Part shown: positions 9,351 to 18,800 of the stretch, piece by piece
Layout: every line of letters starts with the position of its first letter
Numbering within the stretch: position 1 is the first letter of the stretch
Origin: an uncultured Bacteroidota bacterium
GTDB taxonomy: Bacteria; Bacteroidota; Bacteroidia; Chitinophagales; Chitinophagaceae
NCBI GenBank assembly: GCA_963757975.1
Contig: CAVWUD010000037.1
Location: 1,095 to 65,094 of the forward strand
Reading direction: 5' to 3'
Length of the DNA stretch: 64,000 bases
The notes under the pieces: generated by a model
What the model was told of the DNA's origin: nothing
What the model saw: only the letters and a program-made list of their open reading frames with translations
The model's database searches: none
Made by a program: the position numbers and the translations under genes

Positions 9351-11804
9351 TCAGGACATCTGCTGTGGCAGCTTTTTAGACAGGCTTTTACGCCTGTTGA
9401 CGATACTCATCACAAAGCCGGTCATCATGATAATAATACCTATCCAGACCAGGTTGATTTGTGGCATTAATAAAACTTTCAGTGCCACAAAAGGGACCAT
9501 ATCCGACGATTCCTTGACAAGCAACTGGATTTTTTTATTATTCATAACAGTCCCCAGTTCTACCGCCAGATTCTGGGCAAATAATGTATCAGCAACCCGG
9601 TGAATCATATTGTCCTTCACATATAAGAGGGGAGCCATTATATACTGCTGGCTGTCACGGCTGATGACCCTAATCCTTGCCTGCAGGGCTGTGTCAGTTG
9701 ATGTGAAGTGATATTTATCTGTAGTCGGATTGATAAGCACCGTATCGAGAATCAACATACCCTTCGAATAATAAATCGTATCGTGCAAGCCTGCCGGATA
9801 TGCTTTAAAGCCTGATGTGTCCTTTTGTTTGTCCTGGATATTGGCATAACTAATATAAGTAAAAATATCCCGGTTCAGGTAATGCCGCTTATCAGGATTA
9901 TTGGAATAATTTTCAACACCCTTAGTGTTTTTGATCAGGTTTGGGTACAAATCAAAAGACTCACCTGTTTTTTTATCCTGGAAATTTATTTTAAAATAAA
10001 TAATGTTTCCCGCTTTATTAATGGAATCATTACTGAGATAAGTAACATCGTACTTTCCCATATCTGTTTTTATATTTTTGATCAAAGTCAGATTTTCCAT
10101 TGGATTCTGATTTGATTTCGGATCGAAGGGTATATTAATTCCGGTTGTATTAATAGAAAGCACTTCTTTTTTGGAAGAAGAGATCAGGATTCCAACTAAA
10201 AGAATACCGAAGCCGGCATGGGCAATGGATGCGCCGGCCATTTTAATTTTTCCTTTAAGGCTGTTAAATATATATGCGGCATTTGCAAGAACAGAATAAA
10301 TGCCCGCAAAAAGGGCCATATGAATGGCCGCCTGGTATCCCGTTCCATATTCCCTGTATTGAATATTTCCGAATACACTAACACAAACTGCAATGATCAA
10401 AGCAATGACCGTAACCGGTAATATTTTTTTCAGAACCTGGGAGGGTGAACTGTTTTTATATTTTAAATATTGAACGGTTGCAGTCAGGAGTCCAAGTATG
10501 ATCGCTATAAAAATCTCAATCCGGTTATAAGCAAATTTCGGATCATCACCGCTAACCAGCTTAGTTCCAAAAATATCATTGATTACGGGAAGTGAAGTAA
10601 ATACCATGATGAAGAGGGCAGATAAAAAAATAACAAGTGCGCCAATAAACATCCAAAACTCCCGTGACCAGGTATTTTCTTCCCTGGCAACGTGCGGAAT
10701 TTGGTTATACCGGATAAAAAATAAAATGATGGCAGGAACGAAAAAAATAACAACCAATAATATCAGTTGCAGATTTAATCCGGAACCCACGAAAGCATGT
10801 ACCGATGTATCACCTAAAATGCCACTCCTGGTAAGAAAAGTTGCATAGAGAATTAATACGAAGCCAAGAATTAAAAACAGATAGGTCGTACGGAGAGAAT
10901 GACCTGTGGAATTATAAATTACCAGGGTATGAAGACCAGCAACCAAAACCAGCCATGGTACAAGCGACGCGTTCTCCACCGGATCCCATGCCCAGTATCC
11001 GCCAAATGTCAGGGATTCATAGGCCCATGCAGCTCCCATCATGATCCCTGTTCCAAGGATGCAACAGGAAAAAAGTGTCCATGGTAATGCAGTTTTGGTC
11101 CATGATCCATATTCCTTTTTCCATAAAGCCGACACTGCAAATGCGAAAGGAATAAGCGTGGATGAAAAGCCAAGAAATAAAACGGGCGGATGAATCACCA
11201 TCCAGTAATTCTGTAAAAGTGCATTGAGACTCTGTCCGTCCTGCATCTGCGGTATTGATAAATAATCAGCCCTTTGAAAAATAGGAGCTTCCTGGAATAA
11301 TTGTCGCACCAGCATGAACGGGCTATGCCCAATCTGAAAAGAAAAAATATAGACCCCCAGGATCATTGTGAGCAGGCAAAACTGCGCGAAACTAATGATC
11401 GTAAGTATTGGTGATTCCCATTCTCTTGCCCGCGACATTAGAATGATTCCCAATACACCGTTCCACATCATCCACAATAAAAAACTCCCCTCCTGTGCTT
11501 CCCAGATGCAACTGAGCATATATTTCGGATCCAGGTTTTTGCTTGAATGTTCCCAGGCAAAATTGTATTCGAAATAATGCTGATGGACGATATAAAAAAT
11601 GGTTGCAAATACAAGGAATATGGAAACCGTGCTAAGCAGAAAACTAAAGCGGGCCATTTTTTTCCAGGAAGAGGCTTCCTCAGATGTATTGGCATTAGCT
11701 GATTTTAAATAAGAAAGAGTAGCTACAAACGAGCCCGCAAAAGAAAGTACTACAAAAAACTGACCCAGCTTTCCCGGCATCAAATGTTCACCAACATAAT
11801 CCAT
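9351..11804 (-). CDS. ccmF: Cytochrome c biogenesis heme lyase CcmF/CcsA
   Basis: WEAQEGSFLLW, LLQNYWMVIHPP, WWD motif GGYWAWDPVENASL, TFLTRSG...SVHAF. Confidence 0.92.
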   Translation of the reverse strand: MDYVGEHLMPGKLGQFFVVLSFAGSFVATLSYLKSANANTSEEASSWKKMARFSFLLSTVSIFLVFATIFYIVHQHYFEYNFAWEHSSKNLDPKYMLSCIWEAQEGSFLLWMMWNGVLGIILMSRAREWESPILTIISFAQFCLLTMILGVYIFSFQIGHSPFMLVRQLFQEAPIFQRADYLSIPQMQDGQSLNALLQNYWMVIHPPVLFLGFSSTLIPFAFAVSALWKKEYGSWTKTALPWTLFSCCILGTGIMMGAAWAYESLTFGGYWAWDPVENASLVPWLVLVAGLHTLVIYNSTGHSLRTTYLFLILGFVLILYATFLTRSGILGDTSVHAFVGSGLNLQLILLVVIFFVPAIILFFIRYNQIPHVAREENTWSREFWMFIGALVIFLSALFIMVFTSLPVINDIFGTKLVSGDDPKFAYNRIEIFIAIILGLLTATVQYLKYKNSSPSQVLKKILPVTVIALIIAVCVSVFGNIQYREYGTGYQAAIHMALFAGIYSVLANAAYIFNSLKGKIKMAGASIAHAGFGILLVGILISSSKKEVLSINTTGINIPFDPKSNQNPMENLTLIKNIKTDMGKYDVTYLSNDSINKAGNIIYFKINFQDKKTGESFDLYPNLIKNTKGVENYSNNPDKRHYLNRDIFTYISYANIQDKQKDTSGFKAYPAGLHDTIYYSKGMLILDTVLINPTTDKYHFTSTDTALQARIRVISRDSQQYIMAPLLYVKDNMIHRVADTLFAQNLAVELGTVMNNKKIQLLVKESSDMVPFVALKVLLMPQINLVWIGIIIMMTGFVMSIVNRRKSLSKKLPQQMS

Positions 11805-11818
11805 AATAACTATTGGGT

Positions 11819-12226
11819 TTAATTGAGCTCCTTTTTCGCAGATTCAGGATCATCTTTGTATTTGGATGGACATTTGATCAGTATTCCGTCTTTTTGTGTG
11901 ATCTCAAAAATATCTCCGTTCATTTTTCCTTTCAAAACGACGCGTTCCGCTTTTTCCATATCATAAGGCTTACCATAATGATAAACGACTTTTGCCTTTC
12001 CGCCGAGTGTATCGAGAATATGGAAACTTAAATAATTAGGATCCTTTACAGGATTGTATTCCATCGGCAGACTATTGTCCAGTTTGGCAATAATAGTAAC
12101 CGTTTTACCTTCACTTTGCCGGGCGGAAGCAATGGTTTCATAGGTAGACAAATTCCCCATGAAACTCACCAGCAATCCTATGCTAAGCGCAATGAAAACC
12201 AGGAGTATGATATGAGTTCTCTTCAT
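11819..12226 (-). CDS. ccmE: Cytochrome c maturation heme chaperone CcmE (CxxxY variant)
   Basis: N-terminal TM anchor, C-terminal ILIKCPSKY, directly upstream of ccmF. Confidence 0.85.
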   Translation of the reverse strand: MKRTHIILLVFIALSIGLLVSFMGNLSTYETIASARQSEGKTVTIIAKLDNSLPMEYNPVKDPNYLSFHILDTLGGKAKVVYHYGKPYDMEKAERVVLKGKMNGDIFEITQKDGILIKCPSKYKDDPESAKKELN

Positions 12227-12232
12227 GAGCCG

Positions 12233-12240
12233 CAAAGTTA
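12233..12240 (-). promoter_or_regulatory. -7 box (TAACTTTG) for ccmE-ccmF
   Basis: TAnnTTTG ends 6 nt before the ATG at 12226. Confidence 0.55.
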
Positions 12241-12247
12241 TTCATAA

Positions 12248-12311
12248 AAGCCGAAAGCTTAAAGCATAAAACTTTATTAAGCTTGCTTTAGGTTTTAAGC
12301 TTTAGGCTTTT
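12248..12311. repeat. Inverted heptamer element (GCNNAAA / TTTANGY) between divergent promoters
   Basis: aagccgaaagcttaaagcataaa, spacer, tttaggttttaagctttaggctttt. Confidence 0.75.
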
Positions 12312-12339
12312 AATGTTTTGATAATCCACCACGCCGAAC

Positions 12340-12347
12340 TACCTTTG
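12340..12347 (+). promoter_or_regulatory. -7 box (TACCTTTG) for agmatinase
   Basis: TAnnTTTG match 28 nt upstream of the ATG. Confidence 0.55.
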
Positions 12348-12375
12348 CCAGCCGTTCCAAGGCAGAAAGTAAAAC

Positions 12376-13460
12376 ATGACAGATTTATCCCACTTCGATT
12401 CCAACATCGCAAGTAATCCAAAAAATACAATCTTTGGACTCCCTTTTACAGAAGAAGAAGCCAGGCTGGTTATATTACCCGTTCCATGGGAAGTAACGGT
12501 CAGCGCCGGATCAGGAACTTCCCGTGCAGGCGAGCATATTTTCAATGCCAGCATGCAGGTAGATGTTTTTGATGACGAATCTGGCAATGCCTGGAATCAG
12601 GGAATTTTTATGCGTCTTCCCGACAGGAAAGTGCTTATGAAAAGCGACTATCTCCGAAAGGAAGCAGAACTCTATATCAATTATATTTCAAAGGGCGAAG
12701 AGATGGAGAAGAACAGCTTCATGTGTAAATCTCTTAAGGAAATAAATGAAGGAAGCGCTATTCTGAATAAATGGGTTTATGAACAAACCAGGGGTCTGAT
12801 GATGGAAGATAAACTTGTCGCCCTGCTTGGCGGAGATCACAGTGTTTCGTTGGGTTATCTCAAAGCAATCGCAGAGAAATACGGAGAATTTGGAATACTG
12901 CAGATAGACGCACATTGCGACCTGCGCAAATCTTATGAAAATTTTGATCACAGTCACGCGAGTATCATGTTCAATGCACTCCAGGAAATTCCTCAGATCA
13001 ACAAATTGGTTCAGCTGGGCGTCCGTGATTACAGCGAGGAAGAATTCAATTATATCCGCAATAATAATCAGCGGGTAGTTCCATTTATGACAGGAATATA
13101 AAGGAAAAAATGTTTGAAGGTCACACCTGGCGTTCGGTCGTGGATGAAATCGTTCAACAATTCCCTCCTTCTGTATATCTTAGTTTTGATATTGACGGAC
13201 TGGATCCGAAACTATGCCCTCATACCGGAACACCCGTGAACGGGGGATTTGAAGTGGAACAGATTATTTATCTCGTTAAAAAAATCATTGAAAGCGGCCG
13301 GAAATTCATTGGATTCGACCTGGTTGAAATTGCAGTTGGCGAAAGTAATTTCGATGCGAATATCGGCGCCAGGATTTTATGGAAACTTTGCAATATGCTG
13401 GTGGCCGCCAATCCACACCCTCTATACCGTAAAGAACCCGAATGCACTACGACTATGTAG
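12376..13460 (+). CDS. speB: Agmatinase family ureohydrolase (frameshift near 13090)
   Basis: GGDHS, DAHCD, HASIM and SFDIDGLDP...PHTGTPVNGG metal-binding motifs across two ORFs. Confidence 0.88.
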
Positions 13461-13987
13461 TAACCCTTAAAAGGGAAAATGCACGAAAAACCGATCTGGT
13501 CAGCGTTTTACTATTAGTTTTTTCCATTATAGTTTCTGTTATACTCAAATCCGAAATGGATTTAATGGCTTTCTGACCATTTCAGCCATTATCCTTTTGA
13601 TCGGATTGTTCTTGAATTTTATTCTTTCAGAAGAAAAAAGAAATGCGATTCAGGAACTGGTTATTGGCAGCTGCCATTTTCTGGCTGGGCATGCCTTATT
13701 TTCAATGGATGTTCTTGCCCTTTGTTATTTTTGCGCTGCTGGAAGCGCAGGCAAAATACCCGCTGGAAATCGGCTTTTATTCTGAAGGCCTCGTACTCAA
13801 TTCCCTTTTCAAAAAAAAATTCCCCTGGACTTCACTCCAATCCGTGATTTTAAAAGACGGTTTGCTGACACTCGATTTCAAGAATAATAAATTAATTCAG
13901 AAAGAAGTACTGGATGATGATGAGCCGGATGCCCCGGAAGATGAATTTAACGACTACTGCCACAGCAAACTCGTAAATTTGCAATGA
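13442..13987 (+). CDS. Hypothetical membrane protein (frameshifted in the 5' part)
   Basis: MHYDYVVTLKRENARKTDLVSVLLLVF from 13442 appears to continue through fragments 13597-13785 and 13643-13987 (...SVILKDGLLTLDFKNNKLIQ). Confidence 0.6.
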
Positions 13988-15294
13988 TGTCGCCTTTTAT
14001 TTTATATTCAGACGGGGAAGGAAATATTTTCGAAGATATTTCACTTTATGCCTGCGGACGAAGTGGATGGGATGCATTACCAGTTGAAGAATCGGACTGG
14101 ATTCTGTTGCCTGAAGGAGGCTCGCTCTATGAACTTCCCGGCCGGCGGGGCATTGGCATTGATGTGGAAACAGGTGAAATGCGTCTTTGTGAAAAGGGCT
14201 GGGCCGTTGCGGCTTTCATCCCTCCTGCCCATACCGGGCTTTATCTCTCTGCATTTGAAACGGAACCCGATGCGCCCACCCTCCCTTTGTTTTGCTATAC
14301 AGCCGCTGGATGGTTCAATGAAAAATTTTATGTTCCTGCTATTCGCATAGAACCGGATATCCGGCAGGAAGCCCGCGGATACGATGCTTTCAGCATTTCA
14401 GAAGGGGCAGAAAATCTTTTGAAATCCTATCCGCATAACCGCCTGGTGAAACACCTGATGGAGAATTGCTGCAATACTTATCATTGTCCTGCAGCAAGAA
14501 ATCTTTCCCTGGGCAGATGGGAATGTCCTGTTCCCGTTTCACCAGCCTGCAATGCGAATTGCATCGGTTGTATTTCCTTTCAGCCGCAGGAAGAAACGAT
14601 TCATTCAACACAGGACCGCCTTACTTTTCGTCCCAGTGCTGAAGAGATCGTGGAGTTTACCGTGCCACATCTTCAAACAGCTCCCTATCCGATCATAAGT
14701 TTCGGTCAGGGATGTGAAGGCGAACCTTTGTTAATGTGGGAAACCATACGTGAAGCAATTCTTGAAATCAGAAAACATACAGATCGGGGCAGCATTAATA
14801 TCAACACGAACGGATCCAGACCGGATGCCGTGAAAGCCTTATGCGACGCCGGTTTGAACTCCATACGCGTGAGCATGAATTCTGCAAGAAAAAATATATA
14901 CGAAGCTTATTACCGGCCAAATAATTATCAGTTCGAAGATATTGTGGAAAGTCTGCACGTTGTAAAAGCTGCCGGAGGATGGACTTCGATAAATTATTTT
15001 GTATTTCCGGGCATGACAGACAGTGAGGAAGAATATGAAGCGCTTCGTAAAATGATTTCTGAAACGGGTCTTGACATGATCCAGTGGCGAAATTTTAATA
15101 TCGATCCAGATTGGTATCTGGGAAAAATCGGAATTATCGAAACAGGTAATGCGATGGGTGTTAAGAATCTGATGGAACTTTTGCGGGAGGAATTTCCATT
15201 GTTAAAATTTGGTTATTTCAATCCGCCAATGGAGCGTATCAGAGGGCAATTTGAAAAAGATTTTGCTTCTATAAGCCTAAAGCTCAAAGCCTAA
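13984..15294 (+). CDS. Radical SAM protein of unknown function
   Basis: CxxxCxxC (CNANCIGC), SFGQGCEGEPL, ININTNGS, SIRVSMNS. Confidence 0.9.
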   Translation: MMSPFILYSDGEGNIFEDISLYACGRSGWDALPVEESDWILLPEGGSLYELPGRRGIGIDVETGEMRLCEKGWAVAAFIPPAHTGLYLSAFETEPDAPTLPLFCYTAAGWFNEKFYVPAIRIEPDIRQEARGYDAFSISEGAENLLKSYPHNRLVKHLMENCCNTYHCPAARNLSLGRWECPVPVSPACNANCIGCISFQPQEETIHSTQDRLTFRPSAEEIVEFTVPHLQTAPYPIISFGQGCEGEPLLMWETIREAILEIRKHTDRGSININTNGSRPDAVKALCDAGLNSIRVSMNSARKNIYEAYYRPNNYQFEDIVESLHVVKAAGGWTSINYFVFPGMTDSEEEYEALRKMISETGLDMIQWRNFNIDPDWYLGKIGIIETGNAMGVKNLMELLREEFPLLKFGYFNPPMERIRGQFEKDFASISLKLKA

Positions 15295-15466
15295 AGCCTA
15301 AAACTTTTTTGATCAGTAATAATATTTACCGATTACTATAAATTTCTCCAAATTATTTATTCAAAACTTTCGTCATAAGAATAAGTTTTAAGCTTTCTGC
15401 TTTGGGCTTTAGGTATTGGCTTTAGGCTTAATAAAGTTTTAGGCTTTAGGCTTTCAGCTTTAGGCT
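15273..15466. repeat. Inverted heptamer element (GCCTAAA)x4, spacer, (TTTAGGC)x~10
   Basis: gcctaaa gctcaaa gcctaaa gcctaaa at 15275-15302 contains the radical SAM stop. Degenerate tttaggc units at 15387-15465. Confidence 0.9.
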
Positions 15467-15486
15467 ATTTTAGATAATTTCACGAC

Positions 15487-16374
15487 GTGAACTATCTAAA
15501 AGCAAATCATGAATTTGAAGTCCGTAAAAACCGTAAAGCGGCATTATATACTTTGCTGATTTGCGGTTCCCTACTGTTATTGCTCTTATTGGTTTCCTGG
15601 AATCTTCCTTTCAATCCCCCAACACCTGTGGAGGAAGGACTCGAAGTAAATCTCGGCAATAGTGATCAGGGATTGGGTAACAACCAGCCTTTTCTTCCTA
15701 ATGATCCTTCGAAACAGGATCAGGAAAAATACACACCTCCAAAAACGGTCGCTGCAACAAAAGAAGCACTGAAAGATGTTGAAACAGATGATAAAAACCC
15801 GGATGATGCTCCTGCTGTTAAATCGCCACCTGTCACAAAACCGAATGCAACTAAAATTCCCGATAAAGATCTCAGTGTAAAAACTCCCCATAAAACAGTT
15901 AAAACCGCCATGAATCCGACCCCTGCACCACCGAAACCAAAAGCGGTTTTTCACGGAGTCAACGGAGATGGAACAGGTGGAAATGATGCGGATCATTTCA
16001 AGCCAGGGGGAAATCAGGGTATTGCCGGTGGAAAAGGTGATCAGGGAGCACCAGGCGGAGATCCGAATTCAACCAATTATAAAGGCGGAGGCCACGGGAA
16101 TGGTATAGCGATCGCAAGCGGGTTGCAGGGTAGAAAGATAAGAAGTACACCTTCATTCACGGATGATTTCAACGAAAATGCAAAAGTTGCTGTAGATATT
16201 CATGTGGATGCTGCCGGGAATGTGATCAGTGCAGAATATCAGGCAAGAGGCTCTACCACTGCAGATGCAAGCCTGAAAACCATCGCCATTCAGAAAGCAC
16301 ATCAGGTTAAATTCAATAGCGGTTCCGATGAATCTGTAGGAACGCTTATATTCAATTTCAAATTGAAGAACTAG
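15487..16374 (+). CDS. TonB-like energy transducer
   Basis: N-terminal TM helix, Pro/Lys-rich linker, Gly-rich segment and a TonB-C-like end (KVAVDIHVDAAGNVISA...GTLIFNFKL). Confidence 0.75.
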   Translation: MNYLKANHEFEVRKNRKAALYTLLICGSLLLLLLLVSWNLPFNPPTPVEEGLEVNLGNSDQGLGNNQPFLPNDPSKQDQEKYTPPKTVAATKEALKDVETDDKNPDDAPAVKSPPVTKPNATKIPDKDLSVKTPHKTVKTAMNPTPAPPKPKAVFHGVNGDGTGGNDADHFKPGGNQGIAGGKGDQGAPGGDPNSTNYKGGGHGNGIAIASGLQGRKIRSTPSFTDDFNENAKVAVDIHVDAAGNVISAEYQARGSTTADASLKTIAIQKAHQVKFNSGSDESVGTLIFNFKLKN

Positions 16375-16378
16375 TTAT

Positions 16379-16413
16379 AAGGCTTAAGGCGCAAGGCTTA
16401 AAGCATAAGGCTT
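16379..16413. repeat. Single-arm heptamer tract (AAGGCTT-like)x5
   Basis: aaggctt aaggcgc aaggctt aaagcat aaggctt just after the stop codon. Confidence 0.8.
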
Positions 16414-16608
16414 ATTGCTTTTAATGAATCCAATTTATTAAATATAACTATGATTAAAATCTAAAATCGATTAAATGAGTTTAGAACTTATCCGAACTAG
16501 ATCATTAGGACATTAATTACAAATGTCGGGGGAAAGAAGGTTCAAAAAGAATTACTAACTTAAAGGGCCGTTTCGAAACTTCTTCAATCAGAGCCATCAT
16601 AAAATTTT

Positions 16609-17040
16609 ATGAAAAAAGTACTTCTTATATCTGTCCTGGCTTTCAACATTTATTTTGCCCGGGCACAAAGATTTTTCTACCTGGAATCGAATGATGCTGC
16701 GGGAAACCTTATTAAGGATGGGCTTGTTAAATCGTCTCAATTTGTTACCGGTACACCTCTCGCTTCAGATTATATTATTAAAACAGAGTTTGGCTTTCAA
16801 AAAGAACCCAATAAACTAACCCTGCAAATAATTTTAGAAGATTCTATCACATTTAAAACTATTTATCAAACGAACGAGGAATATAATTTTGGTGTCATAA
16901 ATCAAAATTCAAAATTACTTTTGAAGACAGCCCTTGAAACCTTTTTAGAAAAAAATATAAACCAGATTATTCTTTGCGCCAGAGATGATCACTACGATTC
17001 ACGTATGAAACCTCTTAAACCTAAGAAAGATAAAACCTAG
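16609..17040 (+). CDS. Hypothetical secreted protein
   Basis: Sec signal MKKVLLISVLAFNIYFARA-Q; no recognised domain. Confidence 0.65.
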   Translation: MKKVLLISVLAFNIYFARAQRFFYLESNDAAGNLIKDGLVKSSQFVTGTPLASDYIIKTEFGFQKEPNKLTLQIILEDSITFKTIYQTNEEYNFGVINQNSKLLLKTALETFLEKNINQIILCARDDHYDSRMKPLKPKKDKT

Positions 17041-17042
17041 CA

Positions 17043-17879
17043 TTGAAACAGAAACTGCGCCATCTTACAGGCAGATGCTTTTCTATTTTAATCTTTTTCT
17101 CCGTTGCATGCCATAATAATCAGGAACAGGTACAAAAACCAACAGATAATACAGAGGATAATTTTCCCGAAAATATCAATTTTAAAGTAGTCAATGCTTT
17201 TCCTCACGACACTACGTCTTATACGGAAGGCTTCCTGTTTCATAAAGGATCGTTGTTTGAAAGTACCGGTCATACAAATTCCTATGCCAGTTCAAGATCA
17301 GCTTTCGGGCCGGTCGACTTAAAAAATGGCAGGATAGATATTAAAGCAGAGATTGACAAGAACAGGTATTTTGGTGAAGGAATTGCATTTTTAAATAACA
17401 GGATTTATCAGCTTACAGATACAACGCATATTGGCTTTATATATCATGCCGAAACTTATAAGAAACTGGGAACATTTACATATGATGGCGATGGCTGGGG
17501 ATTAACAACTAATGGCAAAGATCTGATCATGAGTAACGGAAGCAGCAATTTATATTATCGTGAACCTTCCACATTTAAAATAATAAAAACACTCAACGTA
17601 ACAGACAATAACGGGCCGGTTCAGAATATCAATGAACTGGAAATGATCCATGGATATATTTATGCTAACCAATGGCTAACAGATAATATTCTGAAAATAG
17701 ATACCACAACAGGAAAAGTGGTTGGTAAACTGGATCTCTCTTCTTTGAAGACAGAAGCTAAAATGAAATATCCGTTTTCAGAAGAAACAAATGGTATAGC
17801 TTACGATTCAGTTACTAATAAAATCTATGTTACCGGGAAATTATGGCCTACGATTTATGAGATACAATTCAAACACTGA
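17043..17879 (+). CDS. Glutaminyl-peptide cyclotransferase (plant/bacterial beta-propeller type), lipoprotein
   Basis: FPHDTTSYTEG, LFESTG, YFGEGI, GWGLT, NELE, YANQW, NGIAYD, YVTGKLWP; lipobox SVAC. Confidence 0.9.
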   Translation: MKQKLRHLTGRCFSILIFFSVACHNNQEQVQKPTDNTEDNFPENINFKVVNAFPHDTTSYTEGFLFHKGSLFESTGHTNSYASSRSAFGPVDLKNGRIDIKAEIDKNRYFGEGIAFLNNRIYQLTDTTHIGFIYHAETYKKLGTFTYDGDGWGLTTNGKDLIMSNGSSNLYYREPSTFKIIKTLNVTDNNGPVQNINELEMIHGYIYANQWLTDNILKIDTTTGKVVGKLDLSSLKTEAKMKYPFSEETNGIAYDSVTNKIYVTGKLWPTIYEIQFKH

Positions 17880-17912
17880 TTGTTATCTCAATAAATATTT
17901 TTGAAATTCCTT

Positions 17913-18548
17913 TTATAAACTAACCATCCCCGTATACAAAGTATCGGTCGCATCCTTGCCATCTTCGGTTATGAATCCCAGGTAGCCATGCACTGGTTTA
18001 CCCTTGAGAATAGATGCATCTAAAACACAAACACCATCACCTCTCGTAGCCAGGTTTAGTTCATATTCCCAGTCCTTCAGTTCTTCATTATAAACAGCCG
18101 CAAAGGCTTTATCTGATGCTTTTGCCTTGCCTGTTCCGCTGTTGTCCGTCCAGCTGAATTCCAGTTTACCATCGGGTAACGGGGTTGTATTCGCCGATTC
18201 TACATTGGGCAGGTCGCCCCTTCCCAGCAGCACCATCTTGTAATCGATCGAAATATCGGGATAAAAGCCCCTGATCGCATTCATGACATTATAGGAAAAT
18301 GCTTTGTTGGAGCCGGTCATGTTTACCGCGACACCGGCATAGGTAATGTTCAGCAGGGATTGCAGCTGACCCAGAAAATCATTCATCAATGCAAATTTCT
18401 TGCGCTGATGGATTTGCTTTGGAGTAAGTGGTTTTTTACTGCGGCCCGCAAGGGCACGTATAACTGCCTTGTTATTAAGCACATAACCCACAACCGGGCC
18501 GACTTTTCCTGAAAAAGGCCCATGAATGCCTTGTAATAATTTTCCCAT
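17913..18548 (-). CDS. DUF6266 family protein
   Basis: MGKLLQGIHGPFSGKVGPVVG N-terminus, QRKKF, FSWTDNSG...DKA and C-terminal YTG, typical of this Bacteroidota family as I recall it. Confidence 0.75.
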   Translation of the reverse strand: MGKLLQGIHGPFSGKVGPVVGYVLNNKAVIRALAGRSKKPLTPKQIHQRKKFALMNDFLGQLQSLLNITYAGVAVNMTGSNKAFSYNVMNAIRGFYPDISIDYKMVLLGRGDLPNVESANTTPLPDGKLEFSWTDNSGTGKAKASDKAFAAVYNEELKDWEYELNLATRGDGVCVLDASILKGKPVHGYLGFITEDGKDATDTLYTGMVSL

Positions 18549-18707
18549 AGGATGGATTTTTTAAAAATGATGAATTAGCTTTTTTAAAGGATAACACTAC
18601 AAGTAATATACCCAATCCACATTTAAGGCAGTCTTTTACCGAATTCTTACCGACATTTTTGCCCCTCTCGCAGGAGTCGGCCAGAGATTTCCGGGGCCTA
18701 CCCCCCG

Positions 18708-18746
18708 GCAACCCCTGAGCAACCCCTGAGCAACCCCTCAGCAACC
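18708..18746. repeat. 11-bp tandem repeat (GCAACCCCTSA)x3.5 upstream of DUF6266
   Basis: gcaacccctga gcaacccctga gcaacccctca gcaacc. Confidence 0.9.
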
Positions 18747-18779
18747 TTGGTTTTGACTATAAGGAATATGTGTTATGGG

Positions 18780-18797
18780 ATCCCGCACGTGCGGGAT
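18780..18797. repeat. Perfect 18-bp palindrome ATCCCGCACGTGCGGGAT flanked by 9-bp direct repeats
   Basis: The sequence is self-complementary; gttatggga occurs at 18772-18780 and again at 18800-18808. Confidence 0.8.
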
Positions 18798-18800
18798 GGG

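Noticed and set aside
18475-18744. ORF 18475-18744 and other short ORFs built from repeats (21899-22096, 46420-46635, 23065-23331)
   Set aside because: Their peptides (for example SHSHTLTLSH and HSHTPILPYSHT) are translations of the tandem repeats and overlap real genes.
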